A DNA stretch of 64,000 nucleotides from Deferrisomatales bacterium (GTDB lineage Bacteria > Desulfobacterota > Deferrisomatia > Deferrisomatales > JACRMM01), in NCBI GenBank assembly GCA_033551855.1, contig JAWSUI010000005.1:1-64000 (forward strand), written 5' to 3'. How positions within the stretch are numbered: position 1 is the stretch's first letter; every line of letters starts with the position of its first letter. This document shows positions 34,665-44,500 of this stretch, piece by piece. Under the pieces are notes generated by a model. The model saw only the letters and a program-made list of their open reading frames with translations. It was not told the origin of the DNA and searched no databases. The translations under genes were made by a program, and so were the position numbers.

Positions 34665-36008
34665 ATGAAGAGACTTCTTCGCACGGCCCTCGTCGGGACC
34701 CTGGCCTTGGGCCTGGCCGCCCCGGCCTTCGCCGACCACGAGATCGGCGGGTACTTCCGCACCCAGTTCATCATGGCATCCCAGGGCGTGTCGGCCGGAT
34801 GGGGCGCGCCCGTCGTCCCTGGCGCCGGGCTGGTGACCAAGGACGAAAAGCCGGACAAGATGGTCGACAACCGCCTCCGGATCCGGTGGCAGAACAACAT
34901 CAACGAGTACGTGAGCATCGTGTGGTTCGGCGAGATCGACACCCCTTGGGGGCAGCCGTCCAAGGGCGCCATCGGCTCCGGCGGCAGGCAGGGGATGGAC
35001 GGCGTCAACGTCGAGACCAAGCATGCCTACGCCGACGTGAAGATCCCCGACACGCCGGTGTCGTTTCGCGTGGGCGGCCAGGGATGGGGCGGAGCCTTCA
35101 ACGGCGTCGTCATGAACGACGACATGATGGGCGTGAGGGCCAACGTCAAGCTGGACATGGTCAGCACCACGCTCTTCTGGGCCAAGCTGCTGGAAAACGA
35201 CCGCTTTCGGGAGGATGACAAGGACCTGTACTCCGTCCAAGTCGGTCTGACGCCGATCAAGGGGCTCAAGATCACCCCGGAGCTGACCTGGATCAGGGAT
35301 CAGCCGGGCGACCGTGACGACTTTTTCGCCGGCATCGAACTCGCCCACAAGATTGCCAACATCGACGTGTCCGGATGGTTCCTCTACAATTGGGGCACGG
35401 ACGAGAGCGGCCCCGCGGACGTGGACACCCAGGCCTTTGCCGCCAGCGCGAAGGTGGCTACCCAGATCGCCGGCGTCAAGGCGAGCCTCCGGCTCATGTA
35501 CTTCAGCAACGACGACGACGCCAAGGACGACAAGTCGATCAACCCCGGCGGCAGGGACGGCGGAGCCGCCTTCTCCAACGGCGGTTTCGAGTTCTTCGAC
35601 GAGTACCTCCAGATCTTCCTCACCGACATCTACTACAACAACTGGATCGGCGGGAGAAGAGCCCTGCTCGACGCTGCCTACTCCGGCTTCGGCCTCTTCG
35701 GCGCGGTGGCGGGAGGGACGTACGTCCCGCCTGCGGTGAAGGCGCTCACGCTCAGGGGAGCCGTCGGCTACTTCATGGCCCTCGACGACGAGCGCAATGA
35801 CAGCGCCGCTGCCGCTGACAACCGCGAGGGCACGAGCCTCGGCACCGAGATCTCCGTCTCGGTCGGCTACAAGATCGCTGGGAACGCCGAGCTGAACCTG
35901 CGCGGCGCCTATGCTCTCTTGGGAGACTTCTACGACGGCCAGGCGGCCGGCGGCAGGGACCCCGACGACCTCTACATTACCGTTTTGATGCTCAACATCC
36001 CCTACTGA
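34665..36008 (+). CDS. Outer-membrane beta-barrel porin (deltaproteobacterial major porin-like)
   Basis: Signal peptide ending APAFA, FGEID..WG, G.DGVNVETKHAY, alternating beta pattern, terminal aromatic residue; AGGAGG RBS. Confidence 0.8.
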   Translation: MKRLLRTALVGTLALGLAAPAFADHEIGGYFRTQFIMASQGVSAGWGAPVVPGAGLVTKDEKPDKMVDNRLRIRWQNNINEYVSIVWFGEIDTPWGQPSKGAIGSGGRQGMDGVNVETKHAYADVKIPDTPVSFRVGGQGWGGAFNGVVMNDDMMGVRANVKLDMVSTTLFWAKLLENDRFREDDKDLYSVQVGLTPIKGLKITPELTWIRDQPGDRDDFFAGIELAHKIANIDVSGWFLYNWGTDESGPADVDTQAFAASAKVATQIAGVKASLRLMYFSNDDDAKDDKSINPGGRDGGAAFSNGGFEFFDEYLQIFLTDIYYNNWIGGRRALLDAAYSGFGLFGAVAGGTYVPPAVKALTLRGAVGYFMALDDERNDSAAAADNREGTSLGTEISVSVGYKIAGNAELNLRGAYALLGDFYDGQAAGGRDPDDLYITVLMLNIPY

Positions 36009-36035
36009 TCATCGAACCGGTAGCACCGAAGCACC

Positions 36036-36070
36036 AAGCCCCGGAGGGTCCGCCCTCCGGGGCTTTCTTT
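36036..36070 (+). terminator. Intrinsic terminator after the porin
   Basis: AAGCCCCGGAGGG-tccg-CCCTCCGGGGCTT then TCTTT. Confidence 0.8.
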
Positions 36071-36216
36071 CGCGTTCTTCCCCTGCGTGTCCCGCGGCGG
36101 CAACCGGCGCTGTCTTTCGGAACGGGGACCTGCGTCCGCTCCGAAGCGGCGCTCGCCGAGCCCCTGTTCCCTGTCCTCCAGAACAGGGAGAGAAGCCAGC
36201 GGAAGAGCCCCGCCTC

Positions 36217-36315
36217 GGCCGCCCGCCTCCGGCTCCACCCCCGCTCGTCGATGAGAAAGGCCACCGGGGCCTCCAGGAGCGAGATCGCGCTGGTGAGGCC
36301 CGCGAAGGCGAGGAG
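36217..36315 (-). pseudogene. Short remnant of a sodium-dependent (NSS/SNF) transporter gene
   Basis: LLAFAGLTSAISLLEAPVAFLIDERGWSRRRAA resembles the conserved FAALTS.IS.LE helix; no start or remainder of gene. Confidence 0.55.
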
Positions 36316-36429
36316 GCGTGGAATGGGGGCTCGGGCCGGGTTCGGGATCGAGGTGGACCGGGCCGCCGGGAGCTCCTCAGCACGCCGCGCGGCGGAGCGA
36401 GTCCAGGCCAGTGAGGGTCTCGGGAGCAA

Positions 36430-36465
36430 GCGAGCCCCGGAGGCTTGCCTCCGGGGCTCGTGTTT
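36430..36465. terminator. Strong hairpin downstream of the flavoprotein gene
   Basis: CGAGCCCCGGAGGC-tt-GCCTCCGGGGCTCG. Confidence 0.55.
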
Positions 36466-36503
36466 GCCCTGGTCCCCAGCTCGGTTCCGAGCCGGCGCCC
36501 TCG

Positions 36504-37598
36504 TCAGCCGTTCACCGCCGCCCGGCTCTCCTCCACGGCGAAGAGCTCGTCGAAGATCTCCGGGACGGTGGAGATCCGGTCGGACCTCCAGGCGTTGCTG
36601 CCGCAGAAGACCAAGCCGCGCTCCACGTCGCCGCGCTGGGCCCGGTCCAGGGCCCGGGCGATGCAGAAGCGCTCCCCCTCGTCCCGGTAGGCGCACTTGC
36701 GCAGGCACGCGACGGGGCAGCGAAGCTCGTCGTCCAGGTCGCCCTGGCGGATGCGGCCCACGTTCCCGACGAGGGCGCGGCCCGGCAGCCCCGCCGGGCT
36801 CATGACCAGGCCGATGTCCTCCCGGCGGCTGGCCAGGTAGGCAGCCTTGAAGGCCGGGTCGGCGTCGCACTCCTCGGTGCACACGAAGCGCGTGGCCATC
36901 TGCACACCGTCGGCGCCCTGTTCCAGTGCGGCGACCAGGTCCTCCCGGTCCCAGATGCCCCCCGCCGCGATCACGGGCACGTCGGCCCCCAAGGCTTCCC
37001 GGAAGAAGGCCTTCACGCCGCGAACGGTGGCGTACTGGTCGTAGGTTCCGTTGCCGATGTTCTCGAGCTTCTCCCCCAGGTGGCCGCCCGCGGTGTCCGG
37101 GTCCTCCACCACCACCGCGTCGGGGAGCCGGTTGTAGCCCTTGCTCCACTTGCGGGCGATCAGCTCGGCGGCCCGCACGGAGGAGACGATCGGGACCAAG
37201 GCGACCTCCGGGTAGTCTGCCGTGAGGCCGGGCAAGGACAGGGGCAGGCCGGCGCCGCTCACGATCACCTTGGCGCCCCCCTCGCAGGAGGCCCGCACCA
37301 CCTCCTCGTAGTCGCCCAGCGCGACCATGCAGTTGGTCCCGACCACCCCGTCGGGAGCAATGGCGTAGGCTTTGCGGAGCTCGTCCTTCACCGCCCCGAC
37401 GTCGGCTGCGGGCAGGCGCCTCCCGTCGAAGTGGGGGCTGTTCAGTCCCAGCGCCGCGGTGGCCACGAGGCCCACCCCTCCGCACCGGGCCACGTGACCC
37501 GCGAGGTTCCCGGCCGAGATGCGCACGCCCATCCCTCCCTGGATCACCGGGAAGTGCGCCGTGTGCCGTCCGATGGCGAGGGGTCGGAATTCTTCCAT
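36504..37598 (-). CDS. Nitronate monooxygenase-family flavoprotein (FabK/FabX-like)
   Basis: PVIQGGMGV, SGAGLP, AGGHLG, AAGGI, GVQMATRF, C-terminal CxxxCxxxC..C. Confidence 0.85.
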   Translation of the reverse strand: MEEFRPLAIGRHTAHFPVIQGGMGVRISAGNLAGHVARCGGVGLVATAALGLNSPHFDGRRLPAADVGAVKDELRKAYAIAPDGVVGTNCMVALGDYEEVVRASCEGGAKVIVSGAGLPLSLPGLTADYPEVALVPIVSSVRAAELIARKWSKGYNRLPDAVVVEDPDTAGGHLGEKLENIGNGTYDQYATVRGVKAFFREALGADVPVIAAGGIWDREDLVAALEQGADGVQMATRFVCTEECDADPAFKAAYLASRREDIGLVMSPAGLPGRALVGNVGRIRQGDLDDELRCPVACLRKCAYRDEGERFCIARALDRAQRGDVERGLVFCGSNAWRSDRISTVPEIFDELFAVEESRAAVNG

Positions 37599-37712
37599 AG
37601 AGGGCCTCCGTTCATGGTCTACCGATCGATTTCATGGTATCAGAGTCCCTGGGAAGCCGATGTAATACTTGTGTAAAACCTCACCCGCCCCGCCGGGGCG
37701 CCGGAAGGGACC

Positions 37713-38675
37713 GTGCCGCGCCTGCGCAGCCTCCTGTCCCCCATCGTTGTGTTCGTCGCGGTCCAGCTCGCCTGGATCCTCGCGGTGGTGTTCTGGGTGT
37801 ACGGGAGCCTCCGCAGCCAGCGTCGGCTGCGGGAGCTGGCGGAAACCTACGGGCCCGAGCTGCCCCACAGCCCCCTGGACTGGCTGATCCTGATCGAGGG
37901 CCTCGTGCTCCTGGTGGTGATCCTGGTCGGCGTCTATGTGATCTTTCTTTACTGGCGCCGACAGGCCGCGCTCTACCGGGAGCAGAAGCGCCTGGTCTCC
38001 CAGGTGACCCACGAGCTCAAGTCGCCCCTGGCCTCCTTGCGGCTCTACCTGGAGACGATCCGGCTGCGCCGCCCCTCCCCCGAACAGCTCGACTCCTTCG
38101 TGGAAACGATGCTGGAGGACACGGAGCGCCTCAACCGACTCACCACCAACCTTTTGACCGCCAACCGCCTGGAGCACCGGGGCCTGAAGCTCGCTTTGCG
38201 CCCCGGCGACCTCTCGGCCTTTGTCGAGGGGTACTTCGGGGACAGGCGTCAGGACCTGCCGGAGGGGGGAACGCTCTCCCTGCACCTCGAACCGGGCCTG
38301 CGGGCCCGGTTCGAGGCCGAATCCCTGAGCATGGCCCTTCGCAACCTCTTCGAGAACGCCCTGCTGTACTCCGAGGGGCCGCCCCGCATCGAGGTCACCC
38401 TCCGGGGCCGCGACCGCAGCTGCCACCTCGCTATCTCGGACCGGGGCCGCGGCATCGAGCCCCGGGAGCAGCGCAAGGTGTTTCGGATGTTCTACCGGGT
38501 GCGGCGCGGGGACGACGGCACCCAGGGGTCCGGCCTCGGCCTCTTCATCACCCGGGTGGTGGTGCTCCGCCACAAGGGCAAGATCTGGCTCGAGAGCGCG
38601 GGGCCGGGCCAGGGCACCACGGTGCACCTGGCGCTCCCCCGACTGCGAAACGGCAAGCCCGAGGAGGTCCCGTGA
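37713..38675 (+). CDS. Sensor histidine kinase (2 TM, HisKA, HATPase)
   Basis: VTHELKSPL, NLFENA, DRGRGI, GSGLGL. Confidence 0.92.
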   Translation: MPRLRSLLSPIVVFVAVQLAWILAVVFWVYGSLRSQRRLRELAETYGPELPHSPLDWLILIEGLVLLVVILVGVYVIFLYWRRQAALYREQKRLVSQVTHELKSPLASLRLYLETIRLRRPSPEQLDSFVETMLEDTERLNRLTTNLLTANRLEHRGLKLALRPGDLSAFVEGYFGDRRQDLPEGGTLSLHLEPGLRARFEAESLSMALRNLFENALLYSEGPPRIEVTLRGRDRSCHLAISDRGRGIEPREQRKVFRMFYRVRRGDDGTQGSGLGLFITRVVVLRHKGKIWLESAGPGQGTTVHLALPRLRNGKPEEVP

Positions 38676-39379
38676 GCCAGACGGAGATCCTGCTCGTGGA
38701 AGACGAGCCCCACATCGCCCGGGGCCTGGTGTTCAACCTCGAGCAGGAGGGCTACCGGGTCGTCCACGCGGAAACCGGGGAGGAGGCGCTGCGCCTCCTC
38801 CCCGAGCACCCCTTCGCCCTGGTGGTACTCGACCTGATGCTCCCCGGCATCGGAGGGCTCGAGGTCTGCCGGCGCATCCGGACCCTGGAACCGCGCCTGC
38901 CGGTCCTCATGCTCACCGCCCTCTCCTCCGAGGCCGACCGGGTCGAGGGCCTCCGCCACGGCGCCGACGACTACCTGACCAAACCCTTCAGCCTCGCGGA
39001 GTTCCTCTTGCGGGTGCAGGGCATGCTGCGGCGGTCGGGCTGGTACCGGCAGCCCGTGGATGTCGCGGAGCGGTACCGGTTCGGGGACAACCGCGTCGAC
39101 CTGGCCTCCGGGGCGGCCGCGGGTCCCCGGGGGGACGTGACGCTGACCGAGCTCGAGCTGAAGATGCTGCGCCTGTTCGTGGCCCGCGAGGGCGAGGTGC
39201 TCCCCCGCGCCGAGCTCCTGGGCTCGGTCTGGGGAATGCCCCCGGACAGCGAGACCCGGACCCTGGACAACTTCGTGGTGCGACTGCGCAAGTACTTCGA
39301 GCCGGATCCGTCGTCCCCCGTGCACTTCCTCACCGTGAGGGGCCGGGGCTACCGCTTCGTGCGCGAGGGTGGGTCGTAG
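38672..39379 (+). CDS. OmpR-family response regulator
   Basis: LLVEDE, LDLMLPG, GADDYLTKPF, TVRGRGYRF; GTGA overlap with kinase. Confidence 0.93.
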   Translation: MSQTEILLVEDEPHIARGLVFNLEQEGYRVVHAETGEEALRLLPEHPFALVVLDLMLPGIGGLEVCRRIRTLEPRLPVLMLTALSSEADRVEGLRHGADDYLTKPFSLAEFLLRVQGMLRRSGWYRQPVDVAERYRFGDNRVDLASGAAAGPRGDVTLTELELKMLRLFVAREGEVLPRAELLGSVWGMPPDSETRTLDNFVVRLRKYFEPDPSSPVHFLTVRGRGYRFVREGGS

Positions 39380-39501
39380 AGCCTCCCCCCGGAGGGGCCT
39401 GCACGGTCGGGCGGGCACCGCTCGTGCTTCGAGCGCCCCCCTCCTGCCTCCCCCCGGAGGGGGAGGGAATAAGGAAGTACTTAACGATGAAAGGAGCTGC
39501 G

Positions 39502-40026
39502 ATGCCCGGAGACCTGCTCAAGGGAGACCTGGTCCGCCACCCCGCCCTGGGGCTGGGCCGTGTGGAGGAGACCTCAGGCTTCGGGGAGGAACAACGGTGC
39601 AAGGTGTGCTTCGTCCGCTCCGGCAAGGAGACCTACTTCGGCCGCGGCGATCTGGCGCCGCTGACCCCGGCCGAGATCGCCGCCTACGAGCTCGTCAAGC
39701 TCGCGGTGCGCGACCTGCGCGAAGAGGAGCTGCCCGCGGTGGAGATGGCCGAGCGGTGGGAGGGGGGCGAGCTCGTCCTCAAGCCCGCGGATCCCGCCCT
39801 GGCCCCCAAGGCCGTGCCGCTCGAGGCCTTCTTCCACAAGATCGTCATGATCCGGGACCGCCTGCGCGTCCTCGAGCAGCAGGTCAACGCCCACCCCAAC
39901 CTCACCGACCAGGACCGGGTGGGCCTCCAGCAGTACATCACCCGCTGCTACGGGAGCCTCACCACGTTCAACGTGCTCTTCAAGCGCAAGGAGGACTGCT
40001 TCGTGGGGCAGAAGGGGGAGAAGTAA
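39502..40026 (+). CDS. Conserved hypothetical protein
   Basis: AAGGAG RBS; N-terminal VRHP.LG.G.V; C-terminal FFHKIVM.RDRLRVLEQ..LQQYITR.YGSLTTFNVLF. Confidence 0.75.
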   Translation: MPGDLLKGDLVRHPALGLGRVEETSGFGEEQRCKVCFVRSGKETYFGRGDLAPLTPAEIAAYELVKLAVRDLREEELPAVEMAERWEGGELVLKPADPALAPKAVPLEAFFHKIVMIRDRLRVLEQQVNAHPNLTDQDRVGLQQYITRCYGSLTTFNVLFKRKEDCFVGQKGEK

Positions 40027-40894
40027 AGAGCTGCTGCACCGCCAGCCCGCCCACGATGAGGGCGAGGCCGGCGAAGGTGGAGGGGAGGATCGCCTCTCCC
40101 ACAAACGTCCGGATGAAGACGAGCGAGAGGAAGGGGGAGAGGAAGACCAGGTTCCCCACCCGCGAGGCGTTCTCCGCCAGCCGCAGCGCCCGCAGCCAGA
40201 GAACGAAGGCGATCCCCATCTCGAAGGTGCCCACATAGGCCGCCCCCAGAAGACCTCCGGCGTCGGGAAGGCGCACCTCCGAGAAAAGGGCGCACCCGAG
40301 CCACACGAAGGGGAGCCCGAAGAGGAAGTTGAGGAAGAGCGCCGCCACGGGGTCCCGGTCGTCCCGGGTGTTGGCGATCCAGTAGAGGGACCAGAGGACG
40401 GTGCTTCCCAGGGCCAGGGAGACCCCCAACGGGTCGGAGAAGTGCAGGCCCAGGGGATCCCCCCGCGTGGCAATGACCACGACCCCCGCATAGCCCAGGA
40501 GCCCCCCGGCCACGTCCCCTCGCCGCAGCCGCTGCCCCAGGAGCGGGACCGAGAGCAACGCCAGGGTGATGGCCCAGGTGTAGTTGAGGGCCTGGGCCTC
40601 CTGGGCCGGCAGCCGGTCGTATGCCCCGAAGAGCACGAGGTAGTAGAGGAGCGGGTTCAGGAGCCCCAGAACGGCCGAGCGCAGGTACTGGCCCCGGGTG
40701 TAGGTCAGCAGCACCCCCAGGCGCCCCTGGGCCGCCAGGATGACCGCGAGGACCAGGGTGGAGACGGCGCTCGCGTACAGGAGGAGCTGGAGCGGATCCA
40801 GGCGGCGGAGCGAGAGCTTGAACGCGCTGGCCACGGTGGACCAGAGGAGCACCGTGGCCAGCGCGTAGAGGGTGGCCCGGGTCCGGCGCGTCAC
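39980..40894 (-). CDS. EamA/DMT-family transporter
   Basis: About 10 hydrophobic helices, LWSTVASAFK, LNP.LYY, NYTW. Confidence 0.88.
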   Translation of the reverse strand: MTRRTRATLYALATVLLWSTVASAFKLSLRRLDPLQLLLYASAVSTLVLAVILAAQGRLGVLLTYTRGQYLRSAVLGLLNPLLYYLVLFGAYDRLPAQEAQALNYTWAITLALLSVPLLGQRLRRGDVAGGLLGYAGVVVIATRGDPLGLHFSDPLGVSLALGSTVLWSLYWIANTRDDRDPVAALFLNFLFGLPFVWLGCALFSEVRLPDAGGLLGAAYVGTFEMGIAFVLWLRALRLAENASRVGNLVFLSPFLSLVFIRTFVGEAILPSTFAGLALIVGGLAVQQLFTSPPSAPRSSPPCA

Positions 40895-41349
40895 CCCCTT
40901 TGGGCCCTCCGGATCGCCTGGATCACCTCGTCGAGCCGGGAGAGGTAGCGGGACCGGTCCGCCTTGCCCATGGGCGGAGGCCCCCCGGACGCCATCCCCA
41001 TCTGGCGGAGCTGGTCCATGAGGGCCCGGCTCGCCAAGGCGTCGCCGATGGTCTCCTCGGTGAAATCCTGGCCCCGGGGGCTCAGCACCCGCGCCCCCTT
41101 CTCCAGGCACCGGGCCGCCAGGGGGATGTCGGCGGTGACGGCGATGTCGTCCTCTCCCACCCGCTCGGCGATCCAATCGTCGGCCGCGTCGAAGCGCCCC
41201 CCCGCCGCGATCGCGTGGATCCGCGGGTCGCTCGGCACCCCCAGGGCGCGGCTCGCCACCACGTACACCGTGAGCCCGTAGCGCTGGGCGACCCGGTAGG
41301 TCTCGTCCTTCACGGGGCACCCGTCGGCATCCAGGTAGATTTCGGGCAT
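40891..41349 (-). CDS. YaiI/YqxD-family protein
   Basis: IYLDADGCPVK, DAADDWI, VTADIPLA. Confidence 0.92.
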   Translation of the reverse strand: MPEIYLDADGCPVKDETYRVAQRYGLTVYVVASRALGVPSDPRIHAIAAGGRFDAADDWIAERVGEDDIAVTADIPLAARCLEKGARVLSPRGQDFTEETIGDALASRALMDQLRQMGMASGGPPPMGKADRSRYLSRLDEVIQAIRRAQRG

Positions 41350-41390
41350 CGTGTCTCCTCTTTGGGGACGTCACGGGTGGGTTCGCGAGG

Positions 41391-41485
41391 TTCCTCCCCC
41401 CGCCGGGGGGAGGCAGGAGGGGGGCGCCCTGTCCGGCCCCCGGGTCCCCCACCCCGACCCTCCCCCTGTGGGGGAGGGAGGGAGA
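41391..41485. repeat. Paired CCTCCCCC/GGGGGAGG hairpin repeats
   Basis: Related copies at 31939-31973 and 39436-39467. Confidence 0.6.
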
Positions 41486-41517
41486 GAGCCCATCCTGTCA
41501 TCCGCCCAAGTCCCCCC

Positions 41518-44500
41518 TCACGACGCCGCCATTTCCTTGCGCAGGCCCAGGGCGTCGAGCTCCTCGTCCAGACCCTCCCAGCCGAGCTTGCGGAAGACCC
41601 ACCGCCGGATGCCCGCATAGCTCAGGTACAGGGTGGGCACCACCCCGAGGGTCAGCACCGTGGAGAGCGCCAGGCCGAAGATGATGGCCACGGCCATGGA
41701 CTGCCACCACTGGGACGACTCGGTGTTGTACTGGTAGGTGAAATTCCAGAAGTCGATGTTGAGCTTGAGCGCCATGGGGAGCAGGCCGAGGATGGTCGTG
41801 ATCGCGGTGAGGAGCACCGGGCGCAAGCGGATCATGCCGGCCGTGACCACGGCCTCCCGGGCGCTCTTGCCCTGGGCCTGGAGCTGGCGGATGGCGTCGA
41901 GGAGCACGATGGCGTTGTTCACCACGACCCCGGCCAGCGAGATGACGCCGATGCCGCTCATGATGATCCCGAAGGGCATGCGAAAGACCAGGAGCCCCGT
42001 GAAGACCCCGATGAGCGACAAGATCACCGAGCACAGGATGATGCCGGGCACGAGGAGCGAGTTGAATTGGATCACGAGCACCATGGCGATGAGGAAGAGG
42101 GCGATGAGGAAGGCCTGCTGGAGGAACTCCGTGGACTCCTGCTCCTCCTCGGCCGCCCCCCCGAACCGATAGGTCATGCCCGGGGGAAAGGCGTAGGCCC
42201 GCACCTTCTCCTGGAAGGCGGCACGCACGTCGGCGTCGGCTCGCACCCAGGGCTGCACCTCGGCCCCCGCGTTGAGCACCCGGCCGCGGTCCAGGTGGCG
42301 GATGGTCACGGGGCCGGGGACGAGCTCTGCCCAAGCCACCGAGGCGATGGGGACGGCCCCCCCCAGCTCCGTGGGGATCGTGACGTTCTCCAGCCTCCGC
42401 GTGTCGAGCCGGTACCTCTCCGGCAGGCGCACCAGGATGTCCTGTTCGTCGTCTCCGTGCCCCAGGGTGCCGGTCCTGAGCCCGCCCACCGCCATCTGCA
42501 GGGCGGCACCCACGGCGGCCTGGTGGAGGCCCACCATCCCCGCCCGGTCCCAGTCGACGGTCCACCGAAGGGTCGGCTGGGCCGTTGCGGCGTCGTCGGT
42601 GGGCTTGGCTACCCCTTCGGTCTGCTCCATGAGGGCCTTCATGTCCCGGATGACCTCGGTCATCCGGTTCAGGTCATGCCCAAAGACGTCGATGGACACG
42701 GCCTTCCCGGTGGGAGGGCCCTCCTGGGGCCTGACCACGTCGAACTCCGCGCCGTAGAGGGGATGGGTGACCGTCCGGCCGTCCCGGTCCAGCCCCTCCA
42801 CCCGGTTGCGGATCTCCGCCAGGGTCAGGTTCGTGCTCTCGGTGCGGTACTCCCGATCCACGAACTCGATGCGCGTCTTGATCGGGCCCAGGCCCTCCTC
42901 CCCGAAGCCCCCCTGGCCCTCCTCGAGCCCCACGGACACGGTGGCGTGCTTCAGGTTCGCTACCGGCCGGTCGTACCCGCTCCCCGGACGGCCGAAGAGC
43001 CGGTCCTCGAGAGTGCGGCTCAGCCGGTCCGACTCCTCGAGTGAGACCCCGTCGGGGGACTTGATGCTGCCGACGACGAAGTTGGGCTCCAGGGTCGGGA
43101 AGAACTCCGTTCCCCTCCCAAAGACGCCGTACAGGGTGAAGACCAGGGCCAGCACGGCGAAGGCCGTCGAGAGGGTCCAGCCGGGTCGGTCCAGCAGGAA
43201 CTCCAGCGCCCTGCCGTACCACACCGCCAAGGGGTAGGTGGGGCGCCGCGACTCCGGGTCGATGGCTGCCTCGGCCCCTGCGGGACGCTTCAGGAAGAGG
43301 GCCGCCAGGGTCGGGTTGATGACCAGAGCGACGAAGAGGGAGCTGGTGAGGACGATGATCACCGTCTTGGGAAGGAACCCCATGAACTCGCCCATGATCC
43401 CGGGCCAGAAGAGCAACGGCGAAAAAGCCCCCACGGTGGTGGCGGTGGAGGCGATGACCGGCCAGGCCACCTCGGAGGTGCCGTCGAGGGCCGCCCGCGC
43501 GCGGCTCGCCCCCATGCACAGGTGCCGGTAGATGTTCTCCACGATGACGATCGCGTTGTCCACCAGCATCCCCAGCGCGAGGATCAGGGAATAGAGGACG
43601 ATCATGTTCAGCGTGAGGCCGAGCACCTGGAGCGTGAGCACCGACAGGAGCATGGAGAAGGGGATGGCCCAGGCCACGAGCACCGCGGTGCGGGCGCCCA
43701 GGCCCACGAAGATCACCAGGAGCACCAGCAGGAGCGCCGTGCCGATGCCGTTTTCCAGGTCGGAGAGCATCATCCGGACGTCCTTGGACATGTCGAGCCC
43801 GGTGACTACCTGCACGTCCGCGGGCAGCGGGTAGTGGGTGAGCACCTCCCGCACCGCCTCGGCCATGTCGAGGATGTTCTCCCCGCTCTTCTTCATGATC
43901 TCGATGCTGACCGAGTGGCGGGGCTCCACGTGCTCGTCCCGGGGCCTCTCCCCGTCCGGTCCGGTGAAGTCGTAGAAGCGCGCGCGGGAGGTCTCGTCCT
44001 CGAAGCTCTGGCGCACCATGGCCACGTCGCGCAGGTGGATCGACGTTCCCCCCGGGCTCCGGCCGACGACCAGGCGGAAGATTTCCGCCGGCGTTCGGAA
44101 CTCCCCGGGCAGGCGCATCACGATGCGGCTCGTGGTCGCTTCGGCCACCCCCGCCGAGACGTTGCGGTTGGTCCCGGTGAGCACCCCCTGCACCTGGGCC
44201 AGGGTCAGGCGGTAGTGACGGAGCCGCTCCGGGTCGATCTCCACCAGGACCTGCCGCTCGCGCCCGCCCCGGATCTTCACGTCGAGCACCCCGGGAATCC
44301 GCGTGAGCTCGTTCTCGATCTCCTCCGCGAGGTCCTTGAGCTCGGAGCGCGCCACGTGGCCCGGGGCCACCAGGTTGAGCACCAGCACCGGCACGTCGCC
44401 GGCCAGGGAGAACTCCTTCACGATGGGCTCGTCCGCCTCGGACGGAAGGTCCGCCTTGGCCTTGTCCACCGCGTCGCGCACCCGGCCCAGGGCGATCTCG

